Shown: one piece after another, positions 27,826 through 36,618 of the stretch
How the letters are laid out: every line of letters starts with the position of its first letter
Numbering within the stretch: the stretch's first letter is position 1
Source: Deltaproteobacteria bacterium
GTDB lineage: Bacteria; Myxococcota_A; UBA9160; SMWR01
DNA length: 50,931 nucleotides
Assembly (NCBI GenBank): GCA_032128115.1
Contig: JAQBHB010000097.1
Span: 1-50,931, forward strand
Reading direction: 5' to 3'
The notes under the pieces: generated by a model
The model's input: the letters and a program-made list of their open reading frames with translations, nothing else
What the model was told of the DNA's origin: nothing
Databases searched by the model: none
Program-made: the position numbers and the translations under genes

Positions 27826-29130
27826 GTGGCCCCTCCCGAGACCGATGAGTTCGACCTCGCCACCATCGACATCATTTCGCCCGACCACTACCAGCGCAAC
27901 GGTTATCCCCACGCCGAGTGGCGCTACCTGCGGAAACACGCGCCGGTCTTCCGCTACGAGGGCAGGGGCAACGTCGATCCCTTCTGGGCCATCACGAAAC
28001 ACGCCGACATCATTGAACTCTCGAGGCAGCCCCAGATCCTGCAGAACGCCCCGCAGCTCGCCGTGTTCACGAACGACATCCCCGAACCGGAGGAGCAGCC
28101 GTCGCGCCACCTCCTGAACATGGACCCGCCCGACCACGGCCCCTACCGCAATGTCTCGGCGAAGCAGTTCACGCCGCGAACCGTGAGCACCCTCGCTCCC
28201 CACGTGGTCGAGATGACCCGCGAGATCCTCGACGCGGCGGCGGAGCGCGACCAGGGCGACTTCGTGGCGGACATCTCCGCTCCCATCACGATCGGCGTGA
28301 TCGCCGACATGCTCGGCGTCCCGCAGTCGGATCGAAATCTGCTGTTCCGCTGGACCAACGAGGTGATCGCACCGTCGGATCCCGAGTTCCAGACCGGCAC
28401 GGCCGAGGAGACGCTCGAACGGGCCCGCCTCGAGCTCTTCGCCTACTTCAAGAACCTGTCCGACGAGCGCAAGCGCAAGCCCACCCAGGACATCGTGAGC
28501 ATCGTGGCCAACGGCAGCATCCACGGCCAGGCGCTTCCGGACTTCGAGCTGCTCTCGTACTACCTGCTGCTCGTCGCGGCCGGCAACGAGACGACCCGAA
28601 ATGCCATGACGGGCGGCATGCTCGCCTTCATCGAGAATCCGGGAGAGTGGGAGAAACTGCGCGCCGACGCATCGCTGCTCGACTCCGCGGTGGAGGAAAT
28701 CGTGCGCTGGACCTCGCCGGTGATCCAGTTCTGCCGCACCCCAACTCGCGACTACGAACTGCGGGGACAGACGATCCGGGCCGGCGAGCGGGCCTGCCTG
28801 TTCTATCCCTCGGCGAACCGCGACGAGGACGTGTTCCCGGACGGCGACGTCTTCCGCATCGACCGCGTGCCGAACGATCACATCGGCTTCGGCCGTGGCG
28901 AGCACGTGTGCCTGGGAGCGCACCTGGCGCGCCTCGAGCTGCGAACGGCCTTCGAGCAGCTGCGCAAGCGCCTCGAACGCGTGGAACTGGCGGGCCCCGC
29001 CGAGCGCGTCCACTCGAGCTTCGTGGGCGGCATCAAGCGCGCCCCCATGCGCTGGAAGATCGGCCCGGCCTATTCCAGGAATCGCGATACGGCGCGACCG
29101 ACGTCGCCGAGACCGGTTCCAAAGAAATGA
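27826..29130 (+). CDS. Cytochrome P450 (CYP124/125/142-like lipid/sterol hydroxylase)
   Basis: LNMDPPDH, AAGNETTRN, EEIVRW, SANRDE, FGRGEHVCLG heme motif. Start is tentative (GTG after GGAG). Confidence 0.93.
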   Translation: MAPPETDEFDLATIDIISPDHYQRNGYPHAEWRYLRKHAPVFRYEGRGNVDPFWAITKHADIIELSRQPQILQNAPQLAVFTNDIPEPEEQPSRHLLNMDPPDHGPYRNVSAKQFTPRTVSTLAPHVVEMTREILDAAAERDQGDFVADISAPITIGVIADMLGVPQSDRNLLFRWTNEVIAPSDPEFQTGTAEETLERARLELFAYFKNLSDERKRKPTQDIVSIVANGSIHGQALPDFELLSYYLLLVAAGNETTRNAMTGGMLAFIENPGEWEKLRADASLLDSAVEEIVRWTSPVIQFCRTPTRDYELRGQTIRAGERACLFYPSANRDEDVFPDGDVFRIDRVPNDHIGFGRGEHVCLGAHLARLELRTAFEQLRKRLERVELAGPAERVHSSFVGGIKRAPMRWKIGPAYSRNRDTARPTSPRPVPKK

Positions 29131-29702
29131 TCCGCTTCCTCGACCACCTGGAGCGCGGCCCGGGGCACGCTTTCGAGAAGTTTCTCGAGATCGGCGGCAG
29201 GAGCCAGATCGTCGCGGGAGCCCGTGACGACCAGCACGCGCTTCCCGAGCCCGGCGAGGTCGGCGGCCCGGAGCAGGCGCGGCGGTGGTGAAACCAGGAC
29301 GAGCTTCTTGACGCGGGGTTCGGTTGCCGCAGCCGACACAGCGGCCACGGCGCCGAACGAGTAACCGCACGCCACCAGCAGGCCCGATACGGTTTCGGCC
29401 TGATGCGCCAGGGCTGCCGCGAAATCCTGCTCGGCATGCTCCGTCTCTCCGCTCGCCTCGCCCGAACTCCCGCCCACGCCGCGCCAGTTGAACCGCAGGG
29501 AGGCGATGCCGAGACCCTGGCAGGCGTAGGCGATCTCGTTCACCACCGGCGACTGCATGCTCCCGCCGAAGAGCGGATGCGGCGGTGCGATCACGGCACC
29601 CGCGCCGTCGCGACCTTCGCCGGCCAGGAAGATTCCCTCCAGGGCGCCGTCACACCCGCTCCGCTGGATCACCACATCTTGTTCGAGTCCGCGGGCCGCC
29701 AT
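29070..29702 (-). CDS. Alpha/beta hydrolase (COG2945-like)
   Basis: PHPLFGGSM, LRFNWRGVGGS, GYSFG nucleophile elbow, DHFF. Confidence 0.9.
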   Translation of the reverse strand: MAARGLEQDVVIQRSGCDGALEGIFLAGEGRDGAGAVIAPPHPLFGGSMQSPVVNEIAYACQGLGIASLRFNWRGVGGSSGEASGETEHAEQDFAAALAHQAETVSGLLVACGYSFGAVAAVSAAATEPRVKKLVLVSPPPRLLRAADLAGLGKRVLVVTGSRDDLAPAADLEKLLESVPRAALQVVEEADHFFGTGLGDVGRAVSRFLE

Positions 29703-29823
29703 GGCGCCTCGCCTCGAGTTCCCTCGAGTTCGTGTCCCCGAGTTCGGCAGCGGGAAGAAACGGCCCAGGCTACCCTGACCCCGGCATGGCCCGCCACGCG
29801 GCGAATCCTCCGCCCGCAATCTC

Positions 29824-30354
29824 ATGAGCTCCGACGCTCCCCGCTTTCGGCTCAAGGTTGCGCGCGAACGCGCGACGCTTCCCGACGGGCGCCAGGTCGA
29901 CCTGGACATCGTGCGCCATCCGGGGGCCGCCGCCGTGGTGCCGTTCCTCTCCGACCGCGAAGTCCTTCTGATTCGCCAGTTCCGGCACGCTGCTGGCGGA
30001 ACCATTCTCGAGGTGCCCGCCGGCAAGCTCGACCCGGGGGAATCTCCCGAGACCTGCGCCGTGCGCGAGTTGGAAGAGGAAGCGGGCCAGCGAGCGGGGC
30101 GCCTGGTGTCGCTGGGCTGGATCTTCACGACGCCGGGTTTCACCGACGAGCGCATCCATCTGTTCTCGGCCTTCGATCTCGAAACGGTCGCTCGGCGACC
30201 CGACGACGACGAGGTCATCGATCTGGTGCCCACGTCGCTCGACGCCGCGCTCGCCATGGTGTGGAGCGGCGAGTTCAACGACGCCAAGAGCGCCCTGGCC
30301 CTGCTCCACGCCGCCCATCGGCTGGGCCGCCTGCCACGGGGCCGCCAGCCGTGA
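29824..30354 (+). CDS. NUDIX hydrolase (ADP-ribose pyrophosphatase-like)
   Basis: [38 protein letters not shown] (Nudix box), TPGFTDE. Confidence 0.93.
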   Translation: MSSDAPRFRLKVARERATLPDGRQVDLDIVRHPGAAAVVPFLSDREVLLIRQFRHAAGGTILEVPAGKLDPGESPETCAVRELEEEAGQRAGRLVSLGWIFTTPGFTDERIHLFSAFDLETVARRPDDDEVIDLVPTSLDAALAMVWSGEFNDAKSALALLHAAHRLGRLPRGRQP

Positions 30355-31298
30355 ATCTGGGGGTCGCTCTCGGTTGGCACGTCCATTCCTGGGAGGATCT
30401 GCTCGATCTGGTGCAACGAGCCGAGAGCCTGGGTTACGCGGCGGTCTTCGTGGACGGCGACGTCTCCATGCTGTCCAAACGTGCCGGGGCCGACGTGCTT
30501 GACGGTTGGACGACGACCGTGGCCCTGGTGGCCCGCACCCACCGCATCCCGATCGGATCCATGCGCCTGGTCGAGCACTGGAACGCCGCGCACCTGGCCC
30601 AGGCGGTGGCCTCCCTGGAACGCATCGCGCCCGGAAGACTCCGCTTCAAGATCTCGATCGGCGACTGGGAGACCGACGCGCGCTTCGGCTATCCGCGGAG
30701 CCCGGTAGGGGAGCGGATCGAGCGGCTCGACGAGACACTGGACGCCCTTCGCGCCCTGTGGCGGGGCGAGACGGTGACCCGCGAGGGCAAGCACGTGCGC
30801 CTGGACCGGGCCCGGGTGCGCCCGACGCCTGGCGGAGGCCGGATTCCGATCGCCGTCTCGGCCCGCCGGCCCCGGATGCTGGGATTGGTGGCCCGCCACG
30901 CCGACATCTGGGATGTGAACCTGCCCCCGGTGGCGAGTCGGGTCCTCGCGGCGGCCAAGCATCTGGAAGCGGCCTGCGAGGCCGCGGGGCGCGACCCCGC
31001 GGCGATCGCCCGCTCCATGTGGATCTTCACGCGGGTCCGCGACGAGGGCCGGTCCGAGAAACCGCTAGCCGAGTTCCGCCGGCTCAACCCCTGGTTCGAC
31101 GATCTCTCCGACCGCGAGGCCCGCAGCGCCCTGGTGGGCGGCGACCCGGCCGCGTGTTGGGCCCGGCTCCAGGAGATCGCACGGGAGTTCTCCATCGATT
31201 GGCCGGTGATCGACCTCTCCGGGCTCGAGGCGGGCGCCAGCCGGCGCTGCCTCGAGGCCCTGGCGCCGGCGAATAACTGCGTTGACGCGGACACTTAG
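30351..31298 (+). CDS. LLM-class (luciferase-like) flavin/F420-dependent oxidoreductase
   Basis: [56 protein letters not shown] overlaps the NUDIX stop. Confidence 0.88.
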   Translation: MNLGVALGWHVHSWEDLLDLVQRAESLGYAAVFVDGDVSMLSKRAGADVLDGWTTTVALVARTHRIPIGSMRLVEHWNAAHLAQAVASLERIAPGRLRFKISIGDWETDARFGYPRSPVGERIERLDETLDALRALWRGETVTREGKHVRLDRARVRPTPGGGRIPIAVSARRPRMLGLVARHADIWDVNLPPVASRVLAAAKHLEAACEAAGRDPAAIARSMWIFTRVRDEGRSEKPLAEFRRLNPWFDDLSDREARSALVGGDPAACWARLQEIAREFSIDWPVIDLSGLEAGASRRCLEALAPANNCVDADT

Positions 31299-31310
31299 AC
31301 TACATACGCT
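31282..31310 (+). promoter_or_regulatory. Putative sigma70 promoter for the rhomboid operon
   Basis: TTGACG-17 nt-TACGCT. Confidence 0.6.
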
Positions 31311-31320
31311 ACCCAGGCAC

Positions 31321-31428
31321 TGCGGGGTCCCGCGCGCCCGTCCCGCTCGCCTCAGGGTGGAACCTTGACGTAGCTCACCGGGCCGGCCCCTGGCCGGCTG
31401 GGTGGAGTCCGAAGAGCCGCGACCCGCA
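31321..31428 (+). ncRNA. Candidate structured 5' leader RNA (unassigned family)
   Basis: Closing stem TGCGGGGTC/GACCCGCA encloses hairpins TCAGGGT-GGA-ACCTTGA and CACC-GGGCCGGCC-CCT-GGCCGGCTG-GGTG. It begins just after the predicted TSS. Confidence 0.35.
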
Positions 31429-31457
31429 ATTCAGCATCCCAGAGGAGACAGCCGACC

Positions 31458-32258
31458 GTGTATGGACGTGGCTCGCAGACTCCCGGCTTTGGCTTCGGCC
31501 CGCCGGTGACCCCCCCGATCGTCAAGAACCTGATGATCGCGAACGCCGTGGTGTTCATGCTCCAGTACCTGTTCTCGGGACAGGGAGTCCAGGTGGGCCC
31601 GCGGATCGTGCCGGTGCTCGAGGCCAGCTTCGCGGCCTGGCCCGCCCTGGTGTGGCAGCACGGCTACCTGTGGCAGCCCTTCACCTACATGTGGCTTCAC
31701 GGTGGGATCTGGCACCTGGCCATGAACATGTTCATGTTGTGGATGTTCGGCTCGCAGGTGGCGTTGTACTGGGGAGCCAAGCGCTTCGTACGCTACTACC
31801 TGATCTGCGGCTTCGGTGCGGGTCTGATCATCGTCACCTGGCCCTACATCGCACTCGCGTTCGGAATGACGTCACAGGCCGGGCTCTACACGCTCACGCT
31901 CGGCGCCTCCGGCGCAATCTACGGCGTGTTGCTCGCGTACTCTCTCACCTGGCCGGATCGCACCATCATGTTGATCTTCCCGCCGGTGGCCTTCCGCGCC
32001 ATCTGGCTGATCCCCGGCCTGTTCCTTCTGACCATGATGGGCCCCGGCGCCGGCGGCATAAGCCACGTGGGCCACCTGGGCGGCGTGCTGGTGGGTTGGA
32101 TCCTGATGCGGCGCCGCGGCCAGACAAAGCAGTTTCTGTCCGTCGGCCAGCTGCGAAGCCGGTGGCACCGCTATCGCATGCGACAACGCCTGCGCGCCGT
32201 CCGCTACGAAGAGTCCCAGAAGCGGAAGAGCCACCACGATGACAAGACCCTGCACTGA
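31458..32258 (+). CDS. Rhomboid family intramembrane serine protease
   Basis: WQPFTYMWLHGGIWHLAMNM, GASG (catalytic Ser), SHVGHLGG (catalytic His). Confidence 0.94.
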   Translation: MYGRGSQTPGFGFGPPVTPPIVKNLMIANAVVFMLQYLFSGQGVQVGPRIVPVLEASFAAWPALVWQHGYLWQPFTYMWLHGGIWHLAMNMFMLWMFGSQVALYWGAKRFVRYYLICGFGAGLIIVTWPYIALAFGMTSQAGLYTLTLGASGAIYGVLLAYSLTWPDRTIMLIFPPVAFRAIWLIPGLFLLTMMGPGAGGISHVGHLGGVLVGWILMRRRGQTKQFLSVGQLRSRWHRYRMRQRLRAVRYEESQKRKSHHDDKTLH

Positions 32259-33093
32259 CGCCATCGCGCGCGAAGACGCGGCCGAAGGCTTCGCATTGGT
32301 CGAGGCGCTCGATGCGCAGATCGCCACAGCGGCGTCCACGTTGCTTGACGCGGCCAGCGTCGTCGCCCTCACCGGCGCCGGCCTCTCGGTAGAGAGCGGG
32401 ATTCCCCCCTTTCGCGGACCCGGCGGGCTGTGGACGAAGCACGGCGAGCCGCCGATGGACGGCTTCCAGCGCTTCCTGGCCAACCCGCGCCAGGCCTGGC
32501 GCGAGAAGCTCTCCCCGAAACAGGGCTGGGCCGTGGCCCTGCACGAGACCCTGGTCGAGGCCAAGCCCAATGCGGGCCACCTGGCGTTGGTCGAACTCGA
32601 GCGCCTGGGTTGCTGCCACTGGCTGATCACACAGAACATCGACGATCTGCATCGACAGGCCGGCACCGAGCATCTGCTCGAGATCCACGGAAATCACCGC
32701 CTGCTCCGGTGTCTCGAATGCGTCCATCGCTTTACGCAGGAAGAGATCGAGATCGATCCCGAGAACCTCCCGCCGCAGTGTCCCCACTGCGGCGGAGTCG
32801 TAAAGGGAGACACGGTCCAGTTTGGTGAGCCGATCCCCGCCGACGTGCTGCGCAGCTGCTACCAGGCGGTGACTGCCGCCGACTGCATGCTGGTGGTGGG
32901 AACGTCGGCCACCGTGTTTCCCGCCGCCGAATTTCCCTTCGAAGTGCTTCGGCGTGGCGGCAGCGTGATCGAGGTGAATCCGGAGCCGACGGAGCTGACG
33001 CCCCATGCGAACGTCTCGCTCCAGGGTCCCAGCGGCGCCATCCTCGAGCGTCTACTGGAGCACACATCGGCGGCCCGAGAAAGCGCGGCATGA
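32239..33093 (+). CDS. cobB: NAD-dependent protein deacylase (sirtuin)
   Basis: TGAGLSVESGIPPFRG, TQNIDDLH, EIHG, CLEC...CPHC, VGTS, EVN. Confidence 0.92.
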   Translation: MTRPCTDAIAREDAAEGFALVEALDAQIATAASTLLDAASVVALTGAGLSVESGIPPFRGPGGLWTKHGEPPMDGFQRFLANPRQAWREKLSPKQGWAVALHETLVEAKPNAGHLALVELERLGCCHWLITQNIDDLHRQAGTEHLLEIHGNHRLLRCLECVHRFTQEEIEIDPENLPPQCPHCGGVVKGDTVQFGEPIPADVLRSCYQAVTAADCMLVVGTSATVFPAAEFPFEVLRRGGSVIEVNPEPTELTPHANVSLQGPSGAILERLLEHTSAARESAA

Positions 33094-33977
33094 AGCACGG
33101 ACGCCGCGGCAGCCCGAGCGAGGAGCACTCCGGACACGGCTTCGGCGCCTTCCTGCGCAGCCTGCTGGCGGGGATTCCCTGGAGTGAACGGGCCGAGGGC
33201 GAGGAGATCCTGCACCACGAAGCGCCCAGCGGCGGGGTGCTTCGGGTGCACAATGCCAACGGCCGCACCTGCGTCCGGACCGAGAATCGCAGCGACGTGG
33301 AGGTGCGGGCAATCAAGAAAGCCCGGGCCGAGTCCAGCGAGGAAGCCGGGCGCCTGCTCGAACAGATCAGGATCGTGGGCCAGGAGATCGGGGACGCCCT
33401 GGAGCTCGATGTCGAAGTCCCGCGTCGCTGGAACCGCCGGGGCTATGCCAACCTGGAGCTGCGCATCCCGCGCGGCCTGGCCGTGGACGTCACCGCGTCG
33501 AACGGCAAGGTGTCGATCCACGGCGTTTCCGGTCGGGTGCGCGCCCACTCGAGCAACGGGTCGGTCCACATCGAGGACGTGACCGGCGATATCGAGATCG
33601 TCACGTCCAACGCCAAGGTGTCGTGTTCGAATACCCGGGGGCGGCTGTTGGCGCGATCGAGCAACGGCAAGATCGAGCTGTTGAACCACTCCGGATCCAT
33701 GGACGCGTCCACCTCCAATGGCCTGATTCGCGCAGCGCTGGACGAGGTGGGCAAGGAGGGCGTCCAGCTGGCAACCAGCAACGGCCGGATCGTGCTCGAG
33801 CTGCCCACCCACGTGGACGCGGAGGTCGATATCCGCGTGGACAACGGTGTGATTCGCAACGAGCGGGAGCTGTGCAAGTCGAGCCGCGCCAGCAACGGCC
33901 AGATTCGCGGGCGCCTGGGCGCCGGCGGATCCCTCATCAAGCTGCGAACCTCGAACGGCTCGGTCTCACTGAAATGA
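33090..33977 (+). CDS. DUF4097 (beta-strand repeat/adhesin-like) protein
   Basis: Periodic (T/S)SNG turns: NANG, ASNG, SSNG, TSNA, SSNG, TSNG, TSNG, VDNG, TSNG. Confidence 0.85.
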   Translation: MKHGRRGSPSEEHSGHGFGAFLRSLLAGIPWSERAEGEEILHHEAPSGGVLRVHNANGRTCVRTENRSDVEVRAIKKARAESSEEAGRLLEQIRIVGQEIGDALELDVEVPRRWNRRGYANLELRIPRGLAVDVTASNGKVSIHGVSGRVRAHSSNGSVHIEDVTGDIEIVTSNAKVSCSNTRGRLLARSSNGKIELLNHSGSMDASTSNGLIRAALDEVGKEGVQLATSNGRIVLELPTHVDAEVDIRVDNGVIRNERELCKSSRASNGQIRGRLGAGGSLIKLRTSNGSVSLK

Positions 33978-33984
33978 AGGCCCG

Positions 33985-34677
33985 CTAGCGAACTCCGATT
34001 CGCTTGTGGATCTCGACGCGGTCGTTCAGGAAGACGACACCGGACGGCTCGATCCGGAGCACCACCAGCGTCCCCACGGCATCCCCCTCGTGGAGGGTCA
34101 GGGGATCCGGCTCGCCCTTCAGGAGCACCTGGGCGGTTCGCTGAGAGGAATCCGGGTGCCAGATCGTGCGCTGCACCATCACCGGCGGAACCGGCGCGCG
34201 CTTCACCGTCACAGGCGAGGGTGACACCCCGATCCGGGCCGAGAAGGCCGAAAGGTCATCGGCCGGCGCGCGCCAGGTCTCGGCGGGCGGAGCGGCCGGG
34301 ATCGAACGTTCGACCACCGAAACCGGCGAGACCAGTGCCTCGTCCGACAGACCGGCCTCGCCCTGCAGCGGTGGGCCCACCTCGCGCACCCGCGGGGCCG
34401 GGCGCGGATCGGCGGCGACGGCCGGTTTTGGCGCGGCGCGGGCGATCTCGGCGCGAGCAGGAGCCGAGGAGAGCGGCGTAGCGAGGGGATCGAACCACAG
34501 CAGCAGGGCCGCCGCCCCCACGCCGATCCCCAGCGAGAGCATCCCGCCGGTCAACAGCCAGGCGAACCAGCGCCGGTTGGCATGGCTCGGCAGGGCGATC
34601 TGCTCGCGGAGCGGCCGGTCCAGTTGGGATCCGTTGTCCTGCTCCAGCCGACGCAGCGCCTTGAGAATGGTGCTCAA
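33985..34677 (-). CDS. GspB/ExeB-like membrane protein
   Basis: TTG start overlaps the ExeA stop. MSTILKALRRLE N-terminus, single TM, Pro/Ala linker, C-terminal EGDAV...VLRIEPSGVVF. Confidence 0.75.
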   Translation of the reverse strand: MSTILKALRRLEQDNGSQLDRPLREQIALPSHANRRWFAWLLTGGMLSLGIGVGAAALLLWFDPLATPLSSAPARAEIARAAPKPAVAADPRPAPRVREVGPPLQGEAGLSDEALVSPVSVVERSIPAAPPAETWRAPADDLSAFSARIGVSPSPVTVKRAPVPPVMVQRTIWHPDSSQRTAQVLLKGEPDPLTLHEGDAVGTLVVLRIEPSGVVFLNDRVEIHKRIGVR

Positions 34678-35660
34678 CCGGGCTCCTCCTGGGTCCCCAG
34701 CAGCTGCGGCGGCGCCGCGCCCACGGCGGGCGCCAGATCGATCGAAAACTCGCTGCGCTCCACCAACTGCCATCCCAGAACGGCCAGCATCGCGGCGAAC
34801 ACGATGGCGGCAAATCCGCGGCGCAACAGGAACCTGCGGGGTCGGTGACGGCGGTAGGCGCCCAGGAGTTCGCGCGCGGCTCGCCCCACCACGTCGGGAC
34901 CCACGCGGCTGGACGAGGCACCGTATCCCGCCAGCAGCGACCGGTCGCACAACAGGTTCACCAGACGCGGCACGCCTCGCGTACGGCGATAGATCTCGCG
35001 CAGTGCACGATCGGTGAACACGTTGGACTCGCTGCCTGCGGCGATGCGCAGTCGATGCCGCACGTACTCGCGGGTCTCGGATCGCGACATGGGACCCAGC
35101 GCCCAGCGCACCCCGATGCGCTGGCGCAGCTGGCGCAGCTCCCGGGAGTCGAGTTTCTCGTCGAGCTCGGGCTGTCCGAACAGCAGGATCTGGATCAGCT
35201 TCGACTTCGAGGTCTCGAGGTTCGAGAGCAGCCGGATTTCTTCCAACGTCTCGGCCGGAAGGTTCTGGGCCTCGTCGATGATCAGCAACACGTTGCGGCC
35301 GGCGCGGTTCATCTCGAGCAGGAAGTCGTTGAGCTGCTCGTTCAGGTCGCGGCGCGAGTGGCCGACAATGGGCAATCCGAACTCGAGGCTGATGGCTCGA
35401 AGCAATTCGTCGCCCGGGAGTACCGGGTTGAAGACGTAGGCCACCTCGGTGTCGGGGCCCAATCGCTGCACCAGGGTTCGACACAGCGTCGTCTTGCCGG
35501 TGCCGACTTCGCCGGTGACCGAAATGAAGCCTTCTCCCTGGTCGATTCCGTACAGCGTGTGGGCCAAGGCCTCGCGGTGCGACGCTGCCAGGAACAGGTA
35601 ACGGGGATCGGGTGTAAGCGAGAAGGGCTTTTCGCGTAGGCCGTAAAAAGCGGTATACAT
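34674..35660 (-). CDS. ExeA/GspA family AAA ATPase
   Basis: MYTAFYGLREKPFSLTPDP, GEVGTGKT, IIDEAQNL, GQPEL, GVPRLVNLLCDRSL. Confidence 0.93.
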   Translation of the reverse strand: MYTAFYGLREKPFSLTPDPRYLFLAASHREALAHTLYGIDQGEGFISVTGEVGTGKTTLCRTLVQRLGPDTEVAYVFNPVLPGDELLRAISLEFGLPIVGHSRRDLNEQLNDFLLEMNRAGRNVLLIIDEAQNLPAETLEEIRLLSNLETSKSKLIQILLFGQPELDEKLDSRELRQLRQRIGVRWALGPMSRSETREYVRHRLRIAAGSESNVFTDRALREIYRRTRGVPRLVNLLCDRSLLAGYGASSSRVGPDVVGRAARELLGAYRRHRPRRFLLRRGFAAIVFAAMLAVLGWQLVERSEFSIDLAPAVGAAPPQLLGTQEEPG

Positions 35661-35702
35661 GGTGGGGGGGACTCCGAGCCCTAGTCTAACCCATTGATTC
35701 CC

Positions 35703-36611
35703 ATGGTGGATATTCCTTCGGATGGTCGCGCCCCGATTTGCGTGGCGCCGGTTCGTGTAGCTCCGATTCGCGGAGCTCCAATTCGCGGAGCTCCAATTCG
35801 CGTAGGAGTGGACGTGGGCGCAACCCTGGTGAAACTCGCGGTCCAGGGCCCCGAGGGGCGGCTCTCTTTCCAGATGCTGCCGGCCGACTCGCTCGCGCAG
35901 GTGGCCCGGGAAGTCGAGGCCACGCACCCGGAAAGCGTCGGCCTGACGGGGGGCGGGGCCTCCGCCCTGGCGGCCGTGCTGGGGACCCCGTCCCGCAGTT
36001 CGGACGAGTTCTCCGCCTGGCGCACCGGGGCCCACCAGATGCTGGCCAGTAGCGGGCACCGCGCCAACGGGCCATATCTGCTGGTCTCGCTGGGCACGGG
36101 CACCTCGGCCCTGCGGGTGGAAGGCGAATCCGTCTCGCGGGTGGGGGGAACGGCGCTGGGAGGCGGCACCGTGCTGGGGCTCGGGGTTGCCCTGCTGGGA
36201 ACCTCGGACTTCGCGGAGCTCGCGTCCCTGGCGCGCGAAGGCAACCGGCGCAACGTGGACCTGCTGGTCTCCGAAGTCTATCCCGCGGGCGAGAGCCCCC
36301 TGCCCGGGGATCTCAACGCGTCTTCGTTCGCGAAGCTCGCCCGTATGCCCGCGGACTGGAAGCCCGCGCGCGCCGACCTCGCACACGCGATCATGGGACT
36401 GGTGGGTGAAAACGTGGCGCTGATCTGCACCGGCCTGGCGGCCGCAGCGCAGACGAACCGGATCGTGTTCGGCGGAACGACATTACGCAACAACGAGTCG
36501 CTTTCCGAGATCCTCCAATTCCTCACGCTGGCCAACGGACTCGAGGCCATCCTGCTTCCCGACGGAGACTACACGGGCGCCGTGGGCGCACTCGCTCTCG
36601 CGTCGGACTGA
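35703..36611 (+). CDS. Type II pantothenate kinase (fumble/CoaW-like)
   Basis: GVDVGATLVK, LTGGGA, DEFSA, YLLVSLGTGTS, RVGGTALGGGT, VDLLVSEVY, ASSFAK, YTGAVGA. Confidence 0.85.
   Translation: MVDIPSDGRAPICVAPVRVAPIRGAPIRGAPIRVGVDVGATLVKLAVQGPEGRLSFQMLPADSLAQVAREVEATHPESVGLTGGGASALAAVLGTPSRSSDEFSAWRTGAHQMLASSGHRANGPYLLVSLGTGTSALRVEGESVSRVGGTALGGGTVLGLGVALLGTSDFAELASLAREGNRRNVDLLVSEVYPAGESPLPGDLNASSFAKLARMPADWKPARADLAHAIMGLVGENVALICTGLAAAAQTNRIVFGGTTLRNNESLSEILQFLTLANGLEAILLPDGDYTGAVGALALASD
35730..35804 (+). repeat. 5 x 15-bp coding tandem repeat (APICV/APVRV/APIRG/APIRG/APIRV)
   Basis: gccccgatttgcgtg|gcgccggttcgtgta|gctccgattcgcgga|gctccaattcgcgga|gctccaattcgcgta. Confidence 0.9.
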
Positions 36612-36618
36612 CTACGAC

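Noticed and set aside
31374..31407. HDV-ribozyme-like GGCCGGC...GCCGGCTGGG
   Set aside because: The loop is only a few nucleotides, leaving no room for the P2/P3 nested pseudoknot.
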